NCBI RefSeq assembly: GCF_000621645.1
Contig: NZ_JHXR01000003.1
Span: 30,001 to 62,000, forward strand
Reading direction: 5' to 3'
From: Vibrio cholerae ATCC 14035
Lineage (GTDB): Bacteria; Pseudomonadota; Gammaproteobacteria; Enterobacterales; Vibrionaceae
DNA length: 32,000 nt
Shown one piece after another: positions 1 to 7,881 of the stretch. A program made the position numbers and the translations under genes. The notes beneath the pieces are model-generated. The model was not told the DNA's origin, did no database searches, and saw only the letters and a list, made by a program, of their open reading frames with translations. How positions within the stretch are numbered: position 1 is the stretch's first letter; every line of letters begins with the position of its first letter.

Positions 1-1341
1 GGTATCGATGCGATTGATGCTGTGCGTTGCTCGGCGAAAACCGGTGTGGGCGTGGATGAAGTTCTCGAGAAAATCGTTTCTGCCATCCCTGCGCCACAAG
101 GCGATCCTGATGCACCGTTGCAAGCGCTGATCATCGACTCATGGTTTGATAACTACTTAGGTGTGGTTTCTCTGGTTCGTATTAAAAACGGTAGCCTGAA
201 GAAAAACGACAAGATCAAAGTGATGAGCACCGGCCAAACTTGGGGTGTGGATCGCTTAGGTATTTTCACACCAAAACAAGTGGATACCGATTCACTGGAC
301 ACTGGCGAAGTAGGCTGGGTAGTGTGTGGTATCAAAGACATCATGGGCGCACCGGTGGGGGATACCCTGACCTTAGCGAAGAACGGTTGTGAAAAAGCGC
401 TGCCGGGCTTTAAAAAGGTGAAACCTCAAGTGTATGCGGGCTTGTTCCCAGTCTCATCTGATGACTATGACAACTTCCGTGATGCACTGGGTAAACTGAG
501 CCTTAATGACGCGTCGCTGTTTTATGAGCCAGAAACGTCGGCAGCGCTCGGCTTTGGTTTCCGTTGTGGCTTCCTTGGTATGCTGCACATGGAGATCATC
601 CAAGAGCGTTTAGAGCGCGAATACGATCTCGACCTCATCACCACGGCACCAACCGTAGTGTATGAAGTGCTCAAGACCAACAAAGAGATCGTCTACGTTG
701 ATAGCCCAGCTAAACTGCCAGCCATCAACGATATCGAAGAGATCCGCGAGCCGATCGCGCGTTGTAACATTCTGGTTCCTGCGGATTACCTGGGTAACGT
801 GATCACTCTGTGTATCGAGAAACGAGGTACTCAGGTGGACATGGTTTACCACGGTAACCAAGTGGCGCTGACTTACGACATCCCGATGGCCGAAGTGGTT
901 CTGGATTTCTTTGACCGCTTGAAATCGACTTCTCGTGGCTACGCGTCACTGGATTACGGTTTCCAACGTTTTGAAATGTCGCACATGGTGCGTGTGGATG
1001 TGCTGCTCAACGGCGACAAAGTGGACGCCTTGGCGATCATTACCCACCGTGACAACTCGCAAACCCGTGGTCGTCAATTGGTTGAGAAGATGAAAGAGTT
1101 CATTCCTCGCCAGATGTTCGATATCGCGATCCAAGCGGCAATCGGTAACCACATCATCGCGCGCTCTACCGTGAAGCAGTTACGTAAAAACGTACTGGCG
1201 AAATGTTACGGTGGTGACGTGAGCCGTAAGAAGAAACTGCTGAAGAAGCAGAAAGAAGGTAAGAAACGGATGAAGCAGATCGGTAACGTTGAGCTGCCAC
1301 AAGAAGCGTTCCTTGCCATTCTGCATGTCGGCAAAGACTAA
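1..1341 (+). CDS. lepA: Elongation factor 4 (LepA), C-terminal ~446 aa; 5' end lies outside the window
   Basis: Frame 1 is open from nt 1 ([13 protein letters not shown]...), and the track ORF 22..1341 is its in-frame tail. The sequence matches the LepA domain II-V and C-terminal region as I recall it (ends ...[26 protein letters not shown]). It is followed by lepB, as in the conserved lepA-lepB operon. Confidence 0.95.
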   Translation, partial: GIDAIDAVRCSAKTGVGVDEVLEKIVSAIPAPQGDPDAPLQALIIDSWFDNYLGVVSLVRIKNGSLKKNDKIKVMSTGQTWGVDRLGIFTPKQVDTDSLDTGEVGWVVCGIKDIMGAPVGDTLTLAKNGCEKALPGFKKVKPQVYAGLFPVSSDDYDNFRDALGKLSLNDASLFYEPETSAALGFGFRCGFLGMLHMEIIQERLEREYDLDLITTAPTVVYEVLKTNKEIVYVDSPAKLPAINDIEEIREPIARCNILVPADYLGNVITLCIEKRGTQVDMVYHGNQVALTYDIPMAEVVLDFFDRLKSTSRGYASLDYGFQRFEMSHMVRVDVLLNGDKVDALAIITHRDNSQTRGRQLVEKMKEFIPRQMFDIAIQAAIGNHIIARSTVKQLRKNVLAKCYGGDVSRKKKLLKKQKEGKKRMKQIGNVELPQEAFLAILHVGKD

Positions 1342-1380
1342 TTTCTTTGCTGGCTTCAGACTTATTGGTTTAACACATGA

Positions 1381-1417
1381 GTGAAAGGGTTTCGGCTCTT
1401 TCACTTTCGTATTTTTT
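1381..1417 (+). terminator. Hairpin plus T-rich tail between lepA and lepB (possible partial terminator or attenuator)
   Basis: GTGAAAG (1381-1387) pairs with CTTTCAC (1398-1404) and is followed by TTTCGTATTTTTT. It lies 16 nt upstream of the lepB ATG, so at most a leaky terminator. Confidence 0.3.
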
Positions 1418-1432
1418 AGATAAGGGAAGTCA

Positions 1433-2329
1433 ATGGCGAACACATTCTCACTGATTTTGGTGATCGTAACTCTGGTCACCGGTATCGTCTGGACACTGGA
1501 AAAGCTGGTGTGGGCGAAAAAACGCCAACAGAAACAAGCTCATTTACAGGCGCAAACGCCCGATATGCCAGCCTCAGCGCTGGATAAAGTCGTGGCTCAG
1601 CCGTGGTGGATTGAAAACAGTGTCTCGATTTTCCCTGTTATTGCTTTTGTGCTGGTACTGCGCTCGTTCATTTATGAACCGTTCCAAATTCCATCCGGTT
1701 CGATGATGCCGACTCTGCTGGTCGGGGATTTTATTCTGGTTGAGAAATACGCTTACGGCTTGAAAGATCCGGTATGGCGCACTCAGTTAGTGGAAACGGG
1801 TAAACCTGAGCGTGGTGATATTGTGGTGTTCAAATACCCAGTGAACCCTGAGATCGACTACATCAAACGTGTGGTGGGGATGCCCGGAGATACCGTACGT
1901 TACAGCGCAGGTAAAGAGCTGTGTATTCAGCACCAAGGCGAGAGCGAATGCCAAGCAGTTAAACTCTCTAACGTGCAAGAGAGCGAGTTTTACCAAAATG
2001 AGATCCCCCTGATCCAGCTGAACGAACAGCTAGGTAAGGTTGAGCACAATATTTTGGTTAACCCATTGAGCATTGATAACGTGGCGAATTATCGCCCACG
2101 CAGTGGCGTGAATGAATGGGTTGTACCACAAGGGCACTATTTTGTGATGGGTGATAACCGTGACAACAGTGCTGACAGCCGTTTCTGGGGCTTTGTGCCA
2201 GAGCAGAATCTGGTCGGAAAAGCTGTGGCTATCTGGATCAGTTTCGAGTTTGAACGCGCTGAAGACAGCGTACTTCCACGCTGGATTCCTACCGGAGTAC
2301 GATTCAATCGTGTTGGTGGGATCCACTAA
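1433..2329 (+). CDS. lepB: Signal peptidase I
   Basis: 298 aa with an N-terminal TM segment. Contains the catalytic Ser box IPSGSMMPTL, the Lys box YIKRVVGMPGD and the conserved GDNRDNSADSR box. Sits in the lepA-lepB-rnc position. Confidence 0.95.
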   Translation: MANTFSLILVIVTLVTGIVWTLEKLVWAKKRQQKQAHLQAQTPDMPASALDKVVAQPWWIENSVSIFPVIAFVLVLRSFIYEPFQIPSGSMMPTLLVGDFILVEKYAYGLKDPVWRTQLVETGKPERGDIVVFKYPVNPEIDYIKRVVGMPGDTVRYSAGKELCIQHQGESECQAVKLSNVQESEFYQNEIPLIQLNEQLGKVEHNILVNPLSIDNVANYRPRSGVNEWVVPQGHYFVMGDNRDNSADSRFWGFVPEQNLVGKAVAIWISFEFERAEDSVLPRWIPTGVRFNRVGGIH

Positions 2330-2360
2330 GCCGGCATGAGCTGGCAATAACGTTGAGATT

Positions 2361-3038
2361 ATGACACCTCCAATGAATAAATTAACAAGTAAGCTCGGTT
2401 ATACCTTTAAGGAGACTGAGCTGCTTAATCTGGCGCTGACACACCGCAGCGCCAATGGTAAGCACAATGAACGTCTTGAGTTTCTGGGCGATTCAATTTT
2501 AAGTTTTGTCATTGCTGACGAGCTCTATCGCCGCTTCCCGAAAGTGAATGAGGGAGATATGAGCCGCATGCGTGCCACCTTAGTGCGTGGTAACACGTTG
2601 GCGGAGCTGGGTCGTGAATTCGATCTGGGAGATTACTTAAAATTAGGTCCAGGTGAGTTGAAAAGCGGTGGTTTTCGCCGTGACTCGATTCTGGCCGATG
2701 CCGTAGAAGCCATCATTGGTGCGATCTACCTCGATAGTGATTTAGAAACCGCGCGCCGCATTGTGCTGGAGTGGTATCAATGTCGCCTTGAGGAGATCAA
2801 ACCGGGCGCATCACAAAAAGACCCGAAAACTCGTTTACAAGAGTTTTTGCAAGGCAGAAGAAAACCGCTGCCCGTCTACACTGTGACTAATATTAAAGGT
2901 GAAGCGCACAACCAAGAATTTACGGTTGCGTGTGAAGTTGCAGGTATGGACACGCCTGTGATCGGTAAAGGCACCAGCCGCCGCAAGGCAGAGCAAGCGG
3001 CTGCAGAAACGGCTCTGGAGCAATTAACTCATGGCTGA
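2361..3038 (+). CDS. rnc: Ribonuclease III
   Basis: 225 aa with the RNase III signature [11 protein letters not shown] and a C-terminal dsRNA-binding domain (...[21 protein letters not shown]). Precedes era as in E. coli. Confidence 0.95.
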
Positions 3039-4005
3039 TCAAGAATTTGATATCGATGCATACTTTGCTTCTCGCAGCGAAGGTCAAACGGCGACATCGA
3101 CACCAGAGGACCAACACTGCGGCTTTGTCGCAATTGTCGGTCGTCCTAACGTGGGGAAATCGACCCTGCTGAATAACCTTTTAGGGCAGAAGATTTCGAT
3201 CACCTCGCGTAAACCACAAACTACTCGCCACCGTATTATGGGCGTGGAGACCGATGGCAATTATCAGGCGATATACGTTGATACCCCAGGACTACACATT
3301 GAAGAAAAACGCGCCATTAACCGTTTGATGAACCGTGCGGCGTCAAGCTCATTGAGTGATGTCAACTTAGTGCTGTTTGTGGTGGAAGGTACTCACTGGA
3401 CCGCCGATGACGAGATGGTGTTCAACAAGCTGCAAAAAGCCAACTTCCCGGTGGTGCTTTGTGTGAACAAGGTGGATCAGGTGAAAGATCGTAATGAAGT
3501 GATGCTGCACATGCTGGAGCTTTCTAAGCGCATGCAGTTTGTCGATATCGTACCGATTTCCGCTAAACAGGGTAAAAACACCGACGTGCTGAAAAAGCAT
3601 GTACGCGACCATTTACCGAAAGCTGTGCACCATTTCCCTGAAGAGTATGTGACGGATCGTTCACAGCGCTTTATGGCATCTGAAATCGTGCGTGAAAAGC
3701 TGATGCGTTTTACTGGCGAAGAGCTGCCGTATTCGGTGACGGTGGAAATCGAGCGTTTCGATTACAACCCAGATACCGATGGTTTCCACATCAACGCCCT
3801 GATTTTGGTTGAGCGTATCGGCCAGAAGAAAATGGTGATTGGCAAAAACGGCGAGAAGATTAAAACCATCGGTCGTGAAGCACGTCTCGATATGGAAGAG
3901 CTGTTTGGCCGCAAAGTCTACCTTGAGACTTGGGTTAAAGTGAAATCTGGGTGGGCGGATGATGAGCGCGCCCTGCGTTCACTCGGCTATATCGACGATC
4001 TCTAA
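3031..4005 (+). CDS. era: GTPase Era
   Basis: 324 aa with G1 [10 protein letters not shown]3 DTPG, G4 NKVD and a C-terminal KH domain ending ...[17 protein letters not shown]. The ATG overlaps the rnc stop by 8 nt (ATGGCTGA). Confidence 0.95.
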
Positions 4006-4012
4006 ACACGAG

Positions 4013-4039
4013 AGGTGGCAACGGTGTTGCCACCTTTTT
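4013..4039 (+). terminator. Strong intrinsic-terminator-like hairpin between era and recO
   Basis: AGGTGGCAAC (4013-4022), loop GGT, GTTGCCACCT (4026-4035), then TTTT. This is a perfect 10-bp stem. Confidence 0.6.
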
Positions 4040-4074
4040 CATTTCTACCTTCAACTGCATGATAGAAAGGGAAA

Positions 4075-4800
4075 ATGTCAGACGGACTGCAACGCTGTTT
4101 TGTTCTGCACCGCCGCCCTTACAGTGAATCGAGCTTAATTCTCGATGTGTTCAGTGAGGAGTACGGTCGAGTCACATTAATGGCCAAAGGTGCGCGCGGA
4201 AAACGCTCCAACCTCAAAGGTGCGCTACAACCTTTCACTCCTTTACTGCTGAAATGGTCGGGCAATGGCTCGATGAAAACCTTACGCCAAGCCGAACCAA
4301 TTAGTCTCGGTTTACCGCTTTCTGGCGTCTATCTCTATTCTGCTATGTACATCAACGAGCTGGTGGATCGGGTGTTAATGCCAGAAGTCGCTAGTCCTGG
4401 GCTATTTCATGATTATCTGTTTGCGCTCACTGAACTGGCGCAAAGCACCAATCCAGAGCCAGCGCTACGCCGCTTTGAACTCGCTTTGCTTGCTGCGATG
4501 GGCTACGGCGTCGATTTTCTGCATTGTGCGGGAACGGGCGAGCCAGTTTCACCTGACATGACTTACCGTTATCGTGAACAAAAGGGCTTTATCGCTTCGG
4601 TACGTCGCGATAATCTCACTTTTCTTGGTAATGAGTTGATTGCGATCAGCGAGCGGCGTTTTACCAGCAAAGAACAACTGCAAGCGGCAAAACGCTTTAC
4701 ACGTTTAGCCTTAAAGCCGTATCTTGGCGGCAAACCTTTAAAGAGTCGTGAGTTGTTTCGTCAAACAACTCTACCTAGAGCACGGAGTACAGAAGAATGA
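4075..4800 (+). CDS. recO: DNA repair protein RecO
   Basis: 241 aa, similar in length and N-terminal sequence (...[33 protein letters not shown]...) to RecO. Sits in the conserved rnc-era-recO-pdxJ context. Confidence 0.9.
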   Translation: MSDGLQRCFVLHRRPYSESSLILDVFSEEYGRVTLMAKGARGKRSNLKGALQPFTPLLLKWSGNGSMKTLRQAEPISLGLPLSGVYLYSAMYINELVDRVLMPEVASPGLFHDYLFALTELAQSTNPEPALRRFELALLAAMGYGVDFLHCAGTGEPVSPDMTYRYREQKGFIASVRRDNLTFLGNELIAISERRFTSKEQLQAAKRFTRLALKPYLGGKPLKSRELFRQTTLPRARSTEE

Positions 4801-5528
4801 GCTCAATTTATCTTGGTGTGAATATCGATCACGTGGCGACTTTGCGTAACGCACGCGGCACACAATATCCCGATCCAGTGCATGCAGCGGAAATTGCTGA
4901 ACGTGCGGGCGCGGATGGCATCACCATCCATCTGCGTGAAGATCGTCGTCACATCACAGATCGCGATGTCCGTATTTTGCGTGAAACGCTGCAAACGCGC
5001 ATGAACCTTGAAATGGCGGTGACGGATGAGATGGTCGAGATTGCGCTGCAAACTCAGCCAGAATACGTCTGCTTGGTGCCGGAAAAACGTGAAGAGTTGA
5101 CCACTGAAGGCGGTCTTGATGTGCTAGGTCAGTTGGAGCGTGTCAAAGCGGCAACGGAAAAACTCACTGCGGCTGGCATTAAAGTTTCTCTGTTTATCGA
5201 TGCCGATCGTGAGCAAATTGATGCGGCCAAAGCTTGTGGCGCACCTTTTATTGAGCTGCATACCGGGCACTATTCCGATGCGAAAAGCGATGTCGATCAG
5301 CAAAATGAGCTGAAGAAAATTGCAGCCGCAGCGGCTTACGCACACGATTTAGGCATTACGGTGAATGCGGGGCATGGCTTGACCTACCACAATGTCGCGG
5401 CGATTGCGGCCATTCCTGAAATTTACGAGCTGAACATCGGCCATGCGATCATTGGTCGCGCGGTATTTGATGGTTTAGCGAAAGCCGTCTCCGATATGAA
5501 AGCCATCATGGTTGCTGCGCGTCGATAA
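4797..5528 (+). CDS. pdxJ: Pyridoxine 5'-phosphate synthase
   Basis: 243 aa. [23 protein letters not shown]...[18 protein letters not shown] closely matches E. coli PdxJ as I recall it. ATGA overlap with the recO stop. Confidence 0.95.
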   Translation: MSSIYLGVNIDHVATLRNARGTQYPDPVHAAEIAERAGADGITIHLREDRRHITDRDVRILRETLQTRMNLEMAVTDEMVEIALQTQPEYVCLVPEKREELTTEGGLDVLGQLERVKAATEKLTAAGIKVSLFIDADREQIDAAKACGAPFIELHTGHYSDAKSDVDQQNELKKIAAAAAYAHDLGITVNAGHGLTYHNVAAIAAIPEIYELNIGHAIIGRAVFDGLAKAVSDMKAIMVAARR

Positions 5529-5531
5529 CGT

Positions 5532-5912
5532 ATGATCGTTGGACTCGGAACGGATATCGCTGAAATCGAACGGGTTGAGAAAGCGTTGGCGCGCTCAGGA
5601 GAAAACTTTGCGCGCCGCATTCTTACCGATTCTGAACTAGAGCAATTTCATGCTTCGAAGCAACAAGGGCGCTTTTTAGCCAAGCGCTTTGCCGCCAAAG
5701 AGGCAGCTTCGAAAGCTTTGGGAACCGGTATTGCTCAGGGGGTGACTTTCCATGACTTTACCATTAGCCATGATAAGTTGGGGAAACCTTTACTGACCTT
5801 GAGCGGTCAAGCGGCAGAGTTAGCCTCGCAGCTGCAGATTGAAAATATTCATCTTTCCATTTCCGACGAACGCCATTATGCGATGGCGACCGTGATCCTT
5901 GAACGCCGTTAA
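5532..5912 (+). CDS. acpS: Holo-[acyl-carrier-protein] synthase
   Basis: 126 aa. [15 protein letters not shown]...[19 protein letters not shown]...[17 protein letters not shown] matches AcpS. Starts 3 nt after the pdxJ stop. Confidence 0.95.
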   Translation: MIVGLGTDIAEIERVEKALARSGENFARRILTDSELEQFHASKQQGRFLAKRFAAKEAASKALGTGIAQGVTFHDFTISHDKLGKPLLTLSGQAAELASQLQIENIHLSISDERHYAMATVILERR

Positions 5913-5922
5913 TGCGGCGTTC
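5901..5922 (+). terminator. Hairpin spanning the acpS stop codon (weak terminator candidate, no T-tract)
   Basis: GAACGCCG (5901-5908) pairs with CGGCGTTC (5915-5922) across a 6-nt loop that includes the TAA stop. No U-run follows. Confidence 0.25.
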
Positions 5923-6168
5923 ATGCTTTGGTTCATTTCAAATCTTTCATTTTCTGACTATATTTTCCTTACGTGCTTAATTTTCCCCAACGGAAGAATG
6001 AGTTTTCTGACTCTTTGCACCCAACGGGTATTTTTGTCTCACCAATCACTAAAATGAAAGATATTGGGTGATGTCATTAATCATCAATGACGATCGAAAT
6101 GGAGAATATTTCACTTGGCGTGCAGGTTGGCGCCGTGGTGGAAATCGCGCTTGCTTAGGGATAACCCA

Positions 6169-7461
6169 ATGATACGAAGCCTTTTTCAAACACGCCTGAT
6201 GAGCGGTGTTGTCGGTCTATTAGCCATGACGAGCGGTGCTGCCTTAGCGGCCGACTGGAGCGTTTCTGGTTATGGTTCGATTGGTTATAGCTATGAAAAT
6301 GAAGAGAATCTCGGTTTCCTGCGCAACATCGCTCAGCCAGATGATTATCAACGCAACGGATCGTTTAAGCCAGATAGCAATATTGGGGTTCAGTTTGATC
6401 TGCAGTTAGATCCGCAATGGTCGGTGACCACTCAGTGGGTAATGAAAGAGCGAGTCGAGCAGCGCTTCGATGATATTACTGAGCTGGCTTTTGTGCGTTA
6501 TACGCCGGATGAAAATTGGGATATTCGCCTAGGGCGCCTTGGGCTTAACGCCTATATCGCCGCTGACAGCCGACGGATTGACTACGCCCACCTTTGGTTA
6601 CGCCCTCCCCAAGAGTTTTATGGCGGCATTTTCTATGATGCCATCGATGGGATTGATGTCACTTATCGCAGCCAATGGGATGAGATCACTTGGTCGTTAG
6701 GCGCGCAATATGGCCGAATTAAACAGAAACTGCAAAATACCGCTTCCAGCGAAATTTCTGCCACGCAATCCGATCAAACATTAGCTTTGGTGTTTTCACT
6801 CGAACAGGATCGTTGGTTTGGACGCCTCTCCTATGTGCATGTCGGGCAACTGAAGGTGGATCTAGACGGTAATTCTCTACTGGGTATTCAAGTCGTCAAT
6901 CAACTGGCGCAAGCCGGGCTTGGCCCGATCAGCACCGAAGCGGCGCAGTTAGCTGAGCAAATCAATCTTCAAGAAGAAACCATAGAGTATTGGCAATTGG
7001 GTTTTGGCTATCGAGGCGATCAGTGGTCACTCCAATCAGAAATTTATACCATCCTTGGTGAGAAAGCCGTGGTTCCTGAAGGGGTCGGTGGCTACGCCAT
7101 TGCTGGGTATACTCTCGGCAATGTCACACCTTATGTTATCTACGGTCGGTTTAACCCGAAAAATCCGCCCTACCAAGCGCAGTCTGATTGGGGGTTATCC
7201 CCTGTCAATGGCGCGCAATTGGCAGAGGTACAGAAATGGTTGATTGGTGGCATTAACTCCACTTACATCGATCAGCAGACGTTTTCACTCGGAGTCCGCT
7301 GGGACGTCACTGCTCAGATAGCTTTGAAAGCACAATATGATTACATCCAGATTGCCGATAATGGCTATGGATTATGGGCCATTCCTTTAGAAGCGGATTT
7401 GCAGGGTCTGCAGGGGCGGGATGTGCAGCTGTTTTCTGTCAGCGTTAACTTTGTGTTTTAG
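6169..7461 (+). CDS. Porin-like outer-membrane beta-barrel protein (430 aa precursor)
   Basis: I prefer the ATG at 6169 over the track's TTG at 6115. It gives a signal peptide MIRSLFQTRLMSGVVGLLAMTSGAALA|ADWS. The sequence shows alternating amphipathic strand patterns rich in Y/G/W, and a C-terminal ...QLFSVSVNFVF with a terminal Phe typical of OMP beta-signals. The family call (general porin type) is by eye only. Confidence 0.6.
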   Translation: MIRSLFQTRLMSGVVGLLAMTSGAALAADWSVSGYGSIGYSYENEENLGFLRNIAQPDDYQRNGSFKPDSNIGVQFDLQLDPQWSVTTQWVMKERVEQRFDDITELAFVRYTPDENWDIRLGRLGLNAYIAADSRRIDYAHLWLRPPQEFYGGIFYDAIDGIDVTYRSQWDEITWSLGAQYGRIKQKLQNTASSEISATQSDQTLALVFSLEQDRWFGRLSYVHVGQLKVDLDGNSLLGIQVVNQLAQAGLGPISTEAAQLAEQINLQEETIEYWQLGFGYRGDQWSLQSEIYTILGEKAVVPEGVGGYAIAGYTLGNVTPYVIYGRFNPKNPPYQAQSDWGLSPVNGAQLAEVQKWLIGGINSTYIDQQTFSLGVRWDVTAQIALKAQYDYIQIADNGYGLWAIPLEADLQGLQGRDVQLFSVSVNFVF

Positions 7462-7470
7462 GAGGACTCA

Positions 7471-7881
7471 ATGCGATATTGGTTACTCCTCATTCTTTTG
7501 CTGAGTCCATGGGTTTCGGCTTCCGCTGAATTGTATGTGGTTGCTAGCCCGAAGAGTCCGATTATGGAGATTAATAAGGAGCAGTTATCCGCTTTATACC
7601 TTGGACGTAATCGCGTGGTGGGCAACACTTACATTAATCAGGTGTTAGATCGGAGTGGTACGGTGCGTCAGCGCTTCTTTTTGCAGGTGACCAATATGCA
7701 AGAGAGCCAAATCAACGCTTATTGGGCCAAACTGAAATTCTCAGGGCGGCTGCGTGCGCCGGAATCTGTGGTGAGTGAACAAGAGCTGATTGCCAAATTA
7801 GAAGAGAATCCGTTCTCGATTGGCTATACCGATCAAGTGCCCAATGACGCGCTGAAAGTATTACTGGTGCTCTATGACTGA
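7471..7881 (+). CDS. Small exported periplasmic protein (136 aa), possibly a truncated PstS-like or type-2 periplasmic-binding fold
   Basis: AGGAGG Shine-Dalgarno directly after the porin stop. Signal peptide MRYWLLLILLLSPWVSASA|ELYV. The motif ...QINAYWAKLKFSGRLRAPESV...FSIGYTD resembles short phosphate-binding-protein-like domains I recall. That fold assignment is tentative. Confidence 0.5.
   Translation: MRYWLLLILLLSPWVSASAELYVVASPKSPIMEINKEQLSALYLGRNRVVGNTYINQVLDRSGTVRQRFFLQVTNMQESQINAYWAKLKFSGRLRAPESVVSEQELIAKLEENPFSIGYTDQVPNDALKVLLVLYD

Noticed and set aside
1378-1455. 25-codon ORF (MSERVSALSLSYFLDKGSQWRTHSH) overlapping the lepA-lepB hairpin, considered as a leader peptide
   Set aside because: It has no SD, it overlaps the lepB start in another frame, and its composition is unremarkable. 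It is most likely fortuitous.
6115-6168. Longer N-terminal extensions offered by the ORF track: TTG 6115 (OMP), TTG 16796 (pyrG), ATG 15790 (mazG), TTG 25851 (pit) and TTG 28796 (MCP)
   Set aside because: In each case a downstream ATG gives a better gene model. It provides the homologous N-terminus (pyrG, mazG), a proper signal peptide or TM start (OMP, pit), or a better SD (MCP). The extensions are non-homologous and mostly use TTG.
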